Position numbers and translations under genes: made by a program. From a virus (taxonomy: Duplodnaviria; Caudoviricetes): DNA of 26,885 nt. Positions 1-7,548 of the stretch are shown piece after piece. The notes under the pieces were generated by a model. The model saw nothing but the letters and a program-made list of their open reading frames with translations. It had not been told where the DNA came from and did no database searches. The stretch lies in IMG/VR virus record IMGVR_UViG_3300032328_000603, positions 1-26,885 of that record, one strand, 5' to 3'. Each line of letters starts with the position of its first letter. Position 1 is the first letter of the stretch.

Positions 1-56
1 GGGTGCAAGATCGTGTGGGTGTAGGTGTCCCGGAACGTGAGGTCGTTTAGGTCCAT
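1..56 (-). CDS. Tail assembly chaperone, N-terminus only (runs off window)
   Basis: AAGGA SD, then ATG at 56, reading MDLNDLTFRDTYTHTILHP. It lies directly after the tail tube gene, the usual chaperone position. Confidence 0.6.
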   Translation of the reverse strand, partial: MDLNDLTFRDTYTHTILH

Positions 57-65
57 CTTTTTTCC

Positions 66-983
66 TTACGAGGTCGTGCGGGTGATGCGAAGCTGCGTCC
101 CGGTCGAGCTGTCCTTGAGCGCGACGAACGGGATCGTCAGAAGGCGGCTCTCTGGGTTTGCGACCGGCACTGCCGCGCCGTTGATCTTGATCCGCGGCAT
201 CAAGAACGTGTAGTTTTTGCCCGCCACGCGGTCATCCATCACGATCGAAAGTGAACTCTCGGTCTCGCCCAAGAACTTGTCGATCAGCGCCTTGTCTTGA
301 TAGTAGACCGTCATCGTGCCTTCGAGCGTCGACATCCCGAATTGCATTTGCGGCGTGACGTTTGCACCCAGCACTGCGGTCGTGCTTAAGTTATTGTTGA
401 GCGTGAAGTCCAGAGAATTGACGATCGCGATTGTGGACCCGCCTTCGCTGATTGTCCCAGAGAAACTGTCGAAAGGCTCGTTCGTCGAATAGGCGGTGTA
501 AGTCCCCCCGGCGGGTGCGGTCGCGGACTGCGCCATGTCTTGCCCGATTAGTCCGAAAGTCGCCATCGTCATCGCATCAGGCGCAAGCGTCATCGCCATC
601 GTATTGACCATGACACCTTCGAACGTGCGGAACTGCGTGATGTCCAGAGCGGCGTCTTGGATCGAGTAGGACTTGACCGTCGTTCCGGTGTTCAAGATGT
701 CCGAAGAGAACGCACCGAAGAGCGCGCCTTCCAAGAGCCAATCGTAATCTCCCGGGCGCATCTCGACTACGAGATCTCCCGAGACGCTGCGCTGTCCGTG
801 CCGGTCGATCGACGGCATACGATCCGACGTGATCATATTCGACTGCACTCGGGTCTTAGTCAGATCCAAAGAGTGCGTGTTGAACGGGATTTGAGTAAAG
901 ACCGGGGACGACGAGGGGGTCGTGCCAAATGTGGCCTCGACGATCTGGGAGAGCCGTGTCCGGGCTCCTTGTGAAAACGGCAT
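66..983 (-). CDS. Major tail tube protein
   Basis: 305 aa, beta-rich, with E-x-T-F-G-T-T-P near the N-terminus. Strong AAGGAGG SD. Follows the tail terminator gene. Confidence 0.85.
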   Translation of the reverse strand: MPFSQGARTRLSQIVEATFGTTPSSSPVFTQIPFNTHSLDLTKTRVQSNMITSDRMPSIDRHGQRSVSGDLVVEMRPGDYDWLLEGALFGAFSSDILNTGTTVKSYSIQDAALDITQFRTFEGVMVNTMAMTLAPDAMTMATFGLIGQDMAQSATAPAGGTYTAYSTNEPFDSFSGTISEGGSTIAIVNSLDFTLNNNLSTTAVLGANVTPQMQFGMSTLEGTMTVYYQDKALIDKFLGETESSLSIVMDDRVAGKNYTFLMPRIKINGAAVPVANPESRLLTIPFVALKDSSTGTQLRITRTTS

Positions 984-995
984 GATAGGCCCTCC

Positions 996-1415
996 TTATG
1001 AGCTGCTGTATGTATACCACGAGATCGAGACCGTGACGATATACCACGGCGTATCGAGAACTGCGACGCTGCGCTCCGCATATCGGAAGCGCACGGTAGT
1101 GCCGCCGGACGTGAGCCCGGTGTCGACTGTGAAGGCTGCGCGCACTGCGTCCGCCAAGGCGTCGGCCCCGGCTGGGCCTGTGCCCTCTGGCAAGTGCAGC
1201 GTGATCAAGAACGAACCGTCATGCCGGATCTGCGGCGAGGGGCCGACGACTGCCGGGCGGCTAGTCACCGGGACGAGCGCCAGCTTGACCCAAGCCGTGC
1301 CGGTCGTCGGCACGAACTTGACATTCTCCCAAGCCCGATTTGCGCTCGATGGGATCCCCGAGACGTTCGCGATTTGCTGCTCGAGAGCGGCGCGGATGTC
1401 TTGCATGATGGTCAT
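996..1415 (-). CDS. Tail terminator / tail completion protein (DUF4128-like)
   Basis: 139 aa with WENVKFVP...W and G-x-G motifs. Positioned just before the tail tube gene. Confidence 0.75.
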   Translation of the reverse strand: MTIMQDIRAALEQQIANVSGIPSSANRAWENVKFVPTTGTAWVKLALVPVTSRPAVVGPSPQIRHDGSFLITLHLPEGTGPAGADALADAVRAAFTVDTGLTSGGTTVRFRYAERSVAVLDTPWYIVTVSISWYTYSSS

Positions 1416-1849
1416 GGGATCCCCGTCGCTTTGATATTTTTAATCTCGGCGACGACGGCGGTCGCGATCGCCCGGGAGCGCGCAAGCACCTTGCGCAAGA
1501 ACTGGGTCCGTGCCTCAACGAAGATCGCATAATTTGCGCCGTTGAGCAGGTAAAGAGACCCGTCAAGCTGCGAGAGTGCCTCGGCCTGCCCGCCAAGGCG
1601 CGCCATTGTCAGCCCGGGAGCGCCGGTCGTCGCCTCATTGGCGGAAGCGCCGGGGGCCCCTGAGAGCGTCGGGGACAGGAACCACGACGCCCGGAGCCGC
1701 CCGGTCTTCACCGGCGTGCCTCGCACGACCTCAAGCGAGAGCCGGTTTAGATATTCGTTGCGCGCCTGCGCGACGGTCACGCCGGCGCGCTGGGCCAGCT
1801 TGTCCAAATCGACCGTGATCTTTTGCAGGATTTGACCGTTCGCCATCAT
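1412..1849 (-). CDS. HK97 gp10-like neck/tail completion protein
   Basis: TPVKTGRLRASW and N-x-x-x-YAIFVE motifs. Start moved to the ATG at 1849, which overlaps the upstream stop (ATGA). Confidence 0.8.
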   Translation of the reverse strand: MMANGQILQKITVDLDKLAQRAGVTVAQARNEYLNRLSLEVVRGTPVKTGRLRASWFLSPTLSGAPGASANEATTGAPGLTMARLGGQAEALSQLDGSLYLLNGANYAIFVEARTQFLRKVLARSRAIATAVVAEIKNIKATGIP

Positions 1850-2223
1850 TCCCTCGCTTGGCAAACATAGGCGAGGATCGAGGATCCGCTCTTGATCGTC
1901 TGGATCGAGACGATACGCACGGCGTCGCCCTCGCCGCGCAGCTCGTCGTCGATCTGTGGGGTCTTGGAGATTGCGGTCCCGTTGTAGGTCGCAGCGATCA
2001 CCGCCTTGCGGTCGCCGCGCTGCACGAGCGTTCCGTCGAGGTCGCGCGCGTTGTAATTCAGGAAGATCGCCCGGACGGTTTCGTCGCTGTTCGACCCCCC
2101 GGTGATCGTGCCGGTCGCTGGATTGTAAGATCCGCCACTGTTTGGCCGGCGGAACGTGATGTCATAGCCGTGATCCCGGAGGAGCGCGACGACATCCTTT
2201 TGCATCTGCGCGCCGGTTGCCAT
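1846..2223 (-). CDS. Head closure / head-tail joining protein
   Basis: 125 aa with YNPATG and DGTLVQRGD motifs. Synteny fits. Confidence 0.7.
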   Translation of the reverse strand: MATGAQMQKDVVALLRDHGYDITFRRPNSGGSYNPATGTITGGSNSDETVRAIFLNYNARDLDGTLVQRGDRKAVIAATYNGTAISKTPQIDDELRGEGDAVRIVSIQTIKSGSSILAYVCQARE

Positions 2224-2229
2224 GCTAAT

Positions 2230-2688
2230 TTAGACCTCGTCGAGCGGGTTGCTATAGCGCGGTGGATTGTTGAACTGGTCGATCCGGAATGCACCGGGGA
2301 CGCGATCCGTATCGCTCTCGACGGAGATCATGTCAGAGATCGAGATCCCGCCGGCGTCCGGAACGCCGAGCCCGACGGATCCGAGGCGCTTGCTATCTTT
2401 GGTGAGCCGCACCGCGAGCTCGGCATATTGCGCCGCGCGCTGCGAGTAGGACGACGAGACGCTCTCGACGCTGCTGTCGACGAGGCGCGCATATTTGCCA
2501 GAGATCGCCCGGCATATGATCGCGCCGGCGACATAGATGTCGTCGGAGCCCTGCGAGAGTGCGAACGCGATCTCTTCATCGCTGGTTTGCTGCTCGGTGG
2601 TGTCCGTGTCCCCCACGAGGAGGCGCACGGCGTCACGCCGCGTTGCTGCGCTCGTTGTGCCGGGCGCTCCCCCGTAGGTCCACGTCAT
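2230..2688 (-). CDS. Head-tail adaptor (connector) protein
   Basis: VRLLVGDTD...SDEEI motif typical of gp6/gp15-like adaptors. Synteny fits. Confidence 0.75.
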   Translation of the reverse strand: MTWTYGGAPGTTSAATRRDAVRLLVGDTDTTEQQTSDEEIAFALSQGSDDIYVAGAIICRAISGKYARLVDSSVESVSSSYSQRAAQYAELAVRLTKDSKRLGSVGLGVPDAGGISISDMISVESDTDRVPGAFRIDQFNNPPRYSNPLDEV

Positions 2689-2969
2689 GCCGCCACCTTC
2701 GCGCTGCGCGCTTTGGCTGCGGGTGCTTTGATGTCCTCGGCGAGTGCGACGCCGAGACCTTTATTGCTGAGGTCGACTTCAGTGTTCCCGGGCTCGTAAT
2801 GGCGAACCATAACGGCCCGGAAAAGGAGCTCGACCTTTTCTGCGGCAATGCCCAAGGCTTGCCAGTCAAAGGCTTCTCCGCGCTGGAACGACCGCCCGTT
2901 CGCGTGGAACGGGCGATACGCGAAGAGCGGATCCGACTTCTGAAAAGCTCGGTGCTCTAGGTTCATCAT
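2685..2969 (-). CDS. Small post-capsid protein (possible head accessory or packaging chaperone)
   Basis: 94 aa (MMNLEHRAFQK...). ATGA overlaps with both neighbours, basic Ala/Lys tail. The longer 146-aa call would overlap the capsid gene. Confidence 0.6.
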   Translation of the reverse strand: MMNLEHRAFQKSDPLFAYRPFHANGRSFQRGEAFDWQALGIAAEKVELLFRAVMVRHYEPGNTEVDLSNKGLGVALAEDIKAPAAKARSAKVAA

Positions 2970-3958
2970 GCGACGATCGCGTCCCAGAAGTAACCCAGCG
3001 CCGACGATACGAGCTTCTGATCGTAGTGAGCACGAGCGCGGATCACGTCGGTGTCTTCTTCGTCGCGGCGCTTGGTGTCGATCACGAACCCGTATTCGTT
3101 CGTGCCGCCCAAATAACCGGCCCAAGAGAACGTGTAGCCCGCCGCCGGGGTCATAATCCCGGGAGCTGCTGGGCGATACGTCAGAAGCGCCTTCTTGCCC
3201 AGAATGAACGAGTAAGCTGCGGTATCGCCCTCTGCTGCGGTGTTCTGGATTGCTTCGCCGACGACGACTTCGTCCAGCTCAAAGATCTGCGCGAGCAGGT
3301 TCAACGAGGCGATCGAAGGCTGCGCGGTGGTCGCGCCGCCATTGAAACGGCCCAAAATCGACGGGTGGTTCACGAGCGCCGAGTAAACTTGACGACCGAT
3401 TGCCAGCACGTTGGGCTTGACGCCTGTGGATCCTAGGATCGTGTCGACGCCGGTGCGGATGTTGCCGATCGGGTCGCCAGAGGTGGTATCCGACCAGCGG
3501 ATCACCTGACCAGCGGATGGAGACGACGCGACGCCGGTGATATCCGTGCTCCACAAGCCGGTCGTAAAGAAGGACGACGCGAAGTCGTTCTCTTTCGAGA
3601 TCAGCATCTGGTGCGTTGCCAGCTCGGCGGCTGCGCGCGCTGGGTCATTAGCTGCTTCCGAGTTTGCCCGAACTTGATCCGGAACTGGGATCGCGACGCC
3701 GTATTCTTCGCAGAAATAGCTGTCGTTCGAGAGCGCATAGCCGACCTCGGCCACGCGCGCGCCGGCGGCGCGCTTCTTTGCGCCGTTGCGGTTGAAGTAG
3801 GAGCGGTCGAACGTAAAATATTTGTCCGACTGCTTCTGCACTGGCACGTTCTGGAAGACGCGCGAAGCAATGAAGCTCTGCGGGTTTTGCAGCAATGCCA
3901 GCGAGATGTTGGTTAGGGCCGCATCAATGTGAAACGAGCCGACTGTAGGTTGTGCCAT
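2966..3958 (-). CDS. Major capsid protein (HK97 fold)
   Basis: 330 aa, HIDAALTNISL...FIASRVF-x-x-VPV-x-KQSDKY, W-x-D...DP motif. Lies after the scaffold and decoration genes. Confidence 0.9.
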   Translation of the reverse strand: MAQPTVGSFHIDAALTNISLALLQNPQSFIASRVFQNVPVQKQSDKYFTFDRSYFNRNGAKKRAAGARVAEVGYALSNDSYFCEEYGVAIPVPDQVRANSEAANDPARAAAELATHQMLISKENDFASSFFTTGLWSTDITGVASSPSAGQVIRWSDTTSGDPIGNIRTGVDTILGSTGVKPNVLAIGRQVYSALVNHPSILGRFNGGATTAQPSIASLNLLAQIFELDEVVVGEAIQNTAAEGDTAAYSFILGKKALLTYRPAAPGIMTPAAGYTFSWAGYLGGTNEYGFVIDTKRRDEEDTDVIRARAHYDQKLVSSALGYFWDAIVA

Positions 3959-3976
3959 AGTTTATATCCCCCTGCC

Positions 3977-4351
3977 TTATGCTGGAACTGCGCCGCGCGG
4001 CTGGAATAGGATCTCGATGATCCGCCCAGAAGCGCCGGTTTCAAGAGCCGTGCCTAGAATAATCTGGCCGGCGGTGGTTGCGTTTGTCGCTGTCCCGGTG
4101 CTGGTAGAAGCGACCGGACCGCCGCGAGTGACTGCTGCGCCGCATACGACTTTAACTTTGCCCGCGATTGCGACTTCAGCGGCACGGCCAGCGGCTGCTG
4201 GTGCGTCCTGCAAAACGCCCTGCGCGATCAAGCCCGCACCCGTTGGGTCGATTTGACCGTCTGCTGCGACCGAAACAAAGCAAAACTGCTTTGCCGAAAG
4301 ATCTTGCCCGGCCTCTAGGGTCACGGTGATCATGTTGTCTTGAGTTGCCAT
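3977..4351 (-). CDS. Capsid cement/decoration protein (DUF2190-like)
   Basis: 124 aa, Gly/Ala-rich (GVLQDAP, G-x-V-x-V-x-x-G-x-A-V-x-x-G, G-x-ALE-x-G). Directly upstream of the capsid gene. Confidence 0.75.
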   Translation of the reverse strand: MATQDNMITVTLEAGQDLSAKQFCFVSVAADGQIDPTGAGLIAQGVLQDAPAAAGRAAEVAIAGKVKVVCGAAVTRGGPVASTSTGTATNATTAGQIILGTALETGASGRIIEILFQPRGAVPA

Positions 4352-4364
4352 TTATGGATCCCCT

Positions 4365-5204
4365 TTACTGAGCGTTGCGTTTAGCGAAGAGCTCTGCGCC
4401 GCGACCGGTGCGCGTCACGTCGGCGAATGCCTTTGCGAACGTCACCTTGTGCTCGGCTGCGTGTGCCTCTGCCATCTTGTTGAGCTCGGTCATCACGTCG
4501 GTCTCTTCCGGCGCGACGGTTCCGAACTCGCGGGTCATCTTCGAGGCGAGAGCGTTCGCGCCTTTCAGCATAGCATGAGCGGCTTTGCGGATCTCTTCGT
4601 CTGTGATCGCGTCTATCGCCTTGAGAACTGCACCCTTCATCGCTGGGGATCCGGACAAGCGAGGGATCTCGGCGCTGACGCGCTTGACCAGCTCTTCGGT
4701 TTCCAGCTTCTTGTTGACTTCGGCCAGCTCGCCGGCCTGCTTCGAGATCATCGCAAGCACGCCTGCGGGGAGCGCGCTTTTCAGCACCTGCTCGCCGGCG
4801 ACGTCGATGTAATCTTCTGCTTGGCGCTTCTCAACGGTGACTGCGGTGTCGGCGATCTGCACGACATAGCCCTCGCCCTCGAGCGACTTCACAAGCGCAT
4901 CGCGAGACGCCTCAAGGCGCTTGTTTGCCGCCTCGAGCTCTTCGAGGCGCTTCTCTTGATCGGGCATGGACTTCTCCTCTTGACCCAGATCGCCGGTCGG
5001 TCCGGCCCCCTTGTTGCGCCTCATCTGCGCAACTTGATCTCGGGCGTCTGCCTCTGACATCCCCCCGGCGATCAATTCTTTGATCTTCATCTCGTCGGGC
5101 ATCATGTCGGCGCGCTTGAACATCACGACGCGCGCTGCCGGGTTTGCTGGTTCGTCGACCAGAGAGAGCTCGATCAGCTCAAGATCTGTCACGTTATACG
5201 GCAT
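4365..5204 (-). CDS. Capsid scaffolding protein with an N-terminal prohead-protease segment (ELSLVDEPAN)
   Basis: 279 aa, largely helical/coiled-coil and charged. The first 30 aa match the E-x-S-x-V-x-x-P-A-N strand of phage prohead proteases. Confidence 0.75.
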   Translation of the reverse strand: MPYNVTDLELIELSLVDEPANPAARVVMFKRADMMPDEMKIKELIAGGMSEADARDQVAQMRRNKGAGPTGDLGQEEKSMPDQEKRLEELEAANKRLEASRDALVKSLEGEGYVVQIADTAVTVEKRQAEDYIDVAGEQVLKSALPAGVLAMISKQAGELAEVNKKLETEELVKRVSAEIPRLSGSPAMKGAVLKAIDAITDEEIRKAAHAMLKGANALASKMTREFGTVAPEETDVMTELNKMAEAHAAEHKVTFAKAFADVTRTGRGAELFAKRNAQ

Positions 5205-6351
5205 TGCGTTTCCCTATGCCCCCGATGGAGAATGCGGCAAGCTCGCCGCTCTTCACTCTATTCCATACACTATCGTCGTGCACTTTCATAGCCACGATCC
5301 ATCCCTCGAGCGCGGAGTGCACGCCCAGCGCCTCTCCCAGCGCCTTTGTGAGCGGGAAGGAGTGGATCACCTCCCCGATCTGAGCACCCTCGTGCATAGC
5401 CTTGGCGACGCGCACGTCGGCCATGAAGCGGTCAGCGGCCTTCGTCATCACGTCCGCCGAGATGATGTCGCCCTGCCGGTCGACCATTGGCTTTCCGTCG
5501 ATCGAGACGACCGACGCCCATCCCCAAACGATCCGCGCTTCTTCGTCGATCTTGATAATCTTCGCCGCGCGCTTCTCCATCGTTGCCATGACTGCCGCTT
5601 CGATCGCCGCGCTGACGATTTGCGCAATCAGATCCGCCGCCGGGTTCTCGATCTCGGCCCCGTCTTCGGCGATCATGCCCATCTGGCCGACGAGCTCGAG
5701 ATAGGCTTCGTGACTTTCGCCCGGCATATAGAACACCTGCCCGTCCGGGCCTTCGGTCATGTGAGCGACCAGCCCGAGCCCGAGCTGGTGCGCCCGCTGC
5801 ACCGCCTCGATCACCGTCGTGAAGACGTCGTCCGAGATCTGCCGTTTGTTGATATGTTCCATCTTCGTCATCTCCGAAACTGAGGTTCCACTTTCCCACA
5901 TCTGACAAGACCAGTATCGCGCCGATGTCTTGTCCGTTGCGGTGTCGCATGAATGTCGCGCGCGGAAATTGGCGCGCGCTTCTGGGTCGTCCCGGCGGAT
6001 CTCCATATTCGGATCTCCGAACGTGACCTTCGTCACCCGATCCCCGGTCTTGACATAGACGCCGAACTTTTTGCTCGCGCCGGCTGGAAGACGGAACGGC
6101 TTGTCGAGCTCGACATCGCGTCCCTGATATGCGGCCTTCTCGATCCGCTTCTCGGCATAGACACCGGTCTTGGGATCTTTCTTGAACCCGGCGCTGTCGA
6201 TCGCAGCGTATGCCGCGCCGAACGACCTGCCCTCCTCATAGCCGCGCTTCATGCTGTCGTTGAAGACGGTCCGCCAGATCGTGCGCGCCTTCTCCGAGGG
6301 GAGCACGCGCTTGACCGGATCCGGGAGCGCGTCATTGCTGTTGTATGGCAT
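5194..6351 (-). CDS. Multidomain prohead protease: ChaB domain, two small domains and an XkdF-like serine protease
   Basis: N-terminal MPY-x-S-x-x-x-LP-x-x-V...A-Y-A-A (ChaB pattern). C-terminal IVWGWAS...DRQGD...MH...GW...W-x-x-VKSGEL-x-x-FSIGG (XkdF/S78-like). Confidence 0.8.
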   Translation of the reverse strand: MPYNSNDALPDPVKRVLPSEKARTIWRTVFNDSMKRGYEEGRSFGAAYAAIDSAGFKKDPKTGVYAEKRIEKAAYQGRDVELDKPFRLPAGASKKFGVYVKTGDRVTKVTFGDPNMEIRRDDPEARANFRARHSCDTATDKTSARYWSCQMWESGTSVSEMTKMEHINKRQISDDVFTTVIEAVQRAHQLGLGLVAHMTEGPDGQVFYMPGESHEAYLELVGQMGMIAEDGAEIENPAADLIAQIVSAAIEAAVMATMEKRAAKIIKIDEEARIVWGWASVVSIDGKPMVDRQGDIISADVMTKAADRFMADVRVAKAMHEGAQIGEVIHSFPLTKALGEALGVHSALEGWIVAMKVHDDSVWNRVKSGELAAFSIGGIGKRNAV

Positions 6352-6544
6352 GGATCAGATCCTTTTCATCTGGGACGCGGGAGGACAGATCTCGCGCCGG
6401 GGTTCAAAATCGGCCAGAACCCGTGAGGGGTATCCCTGCGATAGCAGGGTTCCCCTTGGGGTTCCACCCGGTGAAAGGTAGGGAGGGGAGGATAGAGTAA
6501 TACTATAGGGAAATCTGTCCTCTCCTCCTAGTTTTTGCGCGGGT
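6352..6544. promoter_or_regulatory. Structured intergenic element, copy 1 (putative late promoter/leader of the head-tail operon)
   Basis: Homologous to 13584-13778. Hairpin at 6417-6464, and an inverted repeat at 6481-6529 around a 17-nt loop that contains TATAGT on the minus strand. Confidence 0.75.
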
Positions 6545-7378
6545 TCAATCGACATCTTCGAGCCACCCATAAAAGCCCGCCGAGACGGTCGCCGCCTTGT
6601 CCGTTGTGACGCGAAATCCGAGGATCGCCCCCGAGGGGAGTGCTGCCAGCGCGCCGTCTGCAAGCGCCGTCGTGTTATCTTGCAGCTCGATCGTCCCCTG
6701 CCGGAAGAGAAGCCCGGCATCCTCGAAGCGATCGACGGTCCCGTCGAGGTTCCCGATCACCGATGCGACGAGCGAGATTTGCGCCTTGGCTGCGGCGTTT
6801 CCTGAGTTTGCGCCGGCGAAGAGCGAATGAATGATCAGCCGCTTGCCCGCCGGGACGCGGAACGCTGTGCTGCGCGTCGCGCGCGCCTCGAGATCCAGCA
6901 GCTTGTAGCGCGTCCCGCTGTTCGTGACGGTGATGTTCCCGACGGCGTGCTTCTCGGATCCGAAGGTCAGCCCGGTGAGATCCCCGACCCATCGCACGTT
7001 GGTCGCGACGGTCAGCACCGGCGTCGTGCCGTTGAGCGCGACGATCTCGCTGTGCGGGTTGAGGTTTGCATCCAGATAATTGAACCGGAGCGTCCGGATC
7101 CCCGTCCCGGCGGCGCTGTCTTGCGCACTGGTCGAGACGAGCGTCATCTGCACGCCGCCGACCGGCGCGACCGACGGATCTTTGACCGTCGAGCCCGGCC
7201 AGACCATGATCTCGGTGACCGACCCGGTGGTCGTCAGCGTGCCGGTGACCGCGACTGCCTGCGCGCCCTCCATGCGACCGCGCGCGATCTCGACCTGCTG
7301 CCCGAGCAGCATCCGCCACGTCCGTTCGTTCCAATCGCGCGCCGGGAGGATCGTCTTGGTGTAACCGTTCGTCGTCAT
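6545..7378 (-). CDS. Hypothetical beta-rich protein, probably virion-associated
   Basis: 277 aa, Thr/Gly/Ala-rich, motif STSAQDSAAGTG...LD...E-x-V-x-LNGTT-x-V. Located in the head module. Confidence 0.6.
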   Translation of the reverse strand: MTTNGYTKTILPARDWNERTWRMLLGQQVEIARGRMEGAQAVAVTGTLTTTGSVTEIMVWPGSTVKDPSVAPVGGVQMTLVSTSAQDSAAGTGIRTLRFNYLDANLNPHSEIVALNGTTPVLTVATNVRWVGDLTGLTFGSEKHAVGNITVTNSGTRYKLLDLEARATRSTAFRVPAGKRLIIHSLFAGANSGNAAAKAQISLVASVIGNLDGTVDRFEDAGLLFRQGTIELQDNTTALADGALAALPSGAILGFRVTTDKAATVSAGFYGWLEDVD

Positions 7379-7548
7379 AGCAAAAACACCTGCGTTGTGT
7401 CGTCCGCTGCCGTGATCGCCTCGTATATGTAGATCTCGACCAGATCCTTGTCGTCTTCGGTGTAGAGCTCGAGCAGCTTTTCTGCCGCCGCGTATCGCTG
7501 ATCAGCCGGTAAAGCGAAGATCTGCTCCGAGAGCTGTTCGTAGGTCAT
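7375..7548 (-). CDS. 57-aa acidic protein, candidate immunity protein of the MuF toxin domain
   Basis: Translated by hand: MTYEQLSEQIFALPADQRYAAAEKLLELYTEDDKDLVEIYIYEAITAADDTTQVFLL. ATGA overlaps at both ends fill the gap exactly. Confidence 0.7.
   Translation of the reverse strand: MTYEQLSEQIFALPADQRYAAAEKLLELYTEDDKDLVEIYIYEAITAADDTTQVFLL

Noticed and set aside
5194-5225. Programmed -1 frameshift at GGGAAAC joining protease and scaffold
   Set aside because: The heptamer is in the wrong phase and the scaffold is in the +1 frame. The sequence is adequately explained as an SD.
5193-6351. Protease and scaffold both start with MPYN
   Set aside because: MPY is the normal ChaB start and the codons differ, so this is probably coincidence.
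6498-6513. TAATACTATAGGGAAA resembles the T7 promoter TAATACGACTCACTATAGGG
   Set aside because: The GACTCAC specificity core is missing, it points antisense to the genes, and no single-subunit RNA polymerase is in the window. It is not vector contamination, since it is embedded in two diverged copies.
6355-6720. ORFs 6355-6720 and 13561-13959 share GGEDRFPYSI-x-LSSPP
   Set aside because: This is a by-product of the duplicated non-coding element. The ORFs overlap real genes and the similarity breaks at indels.
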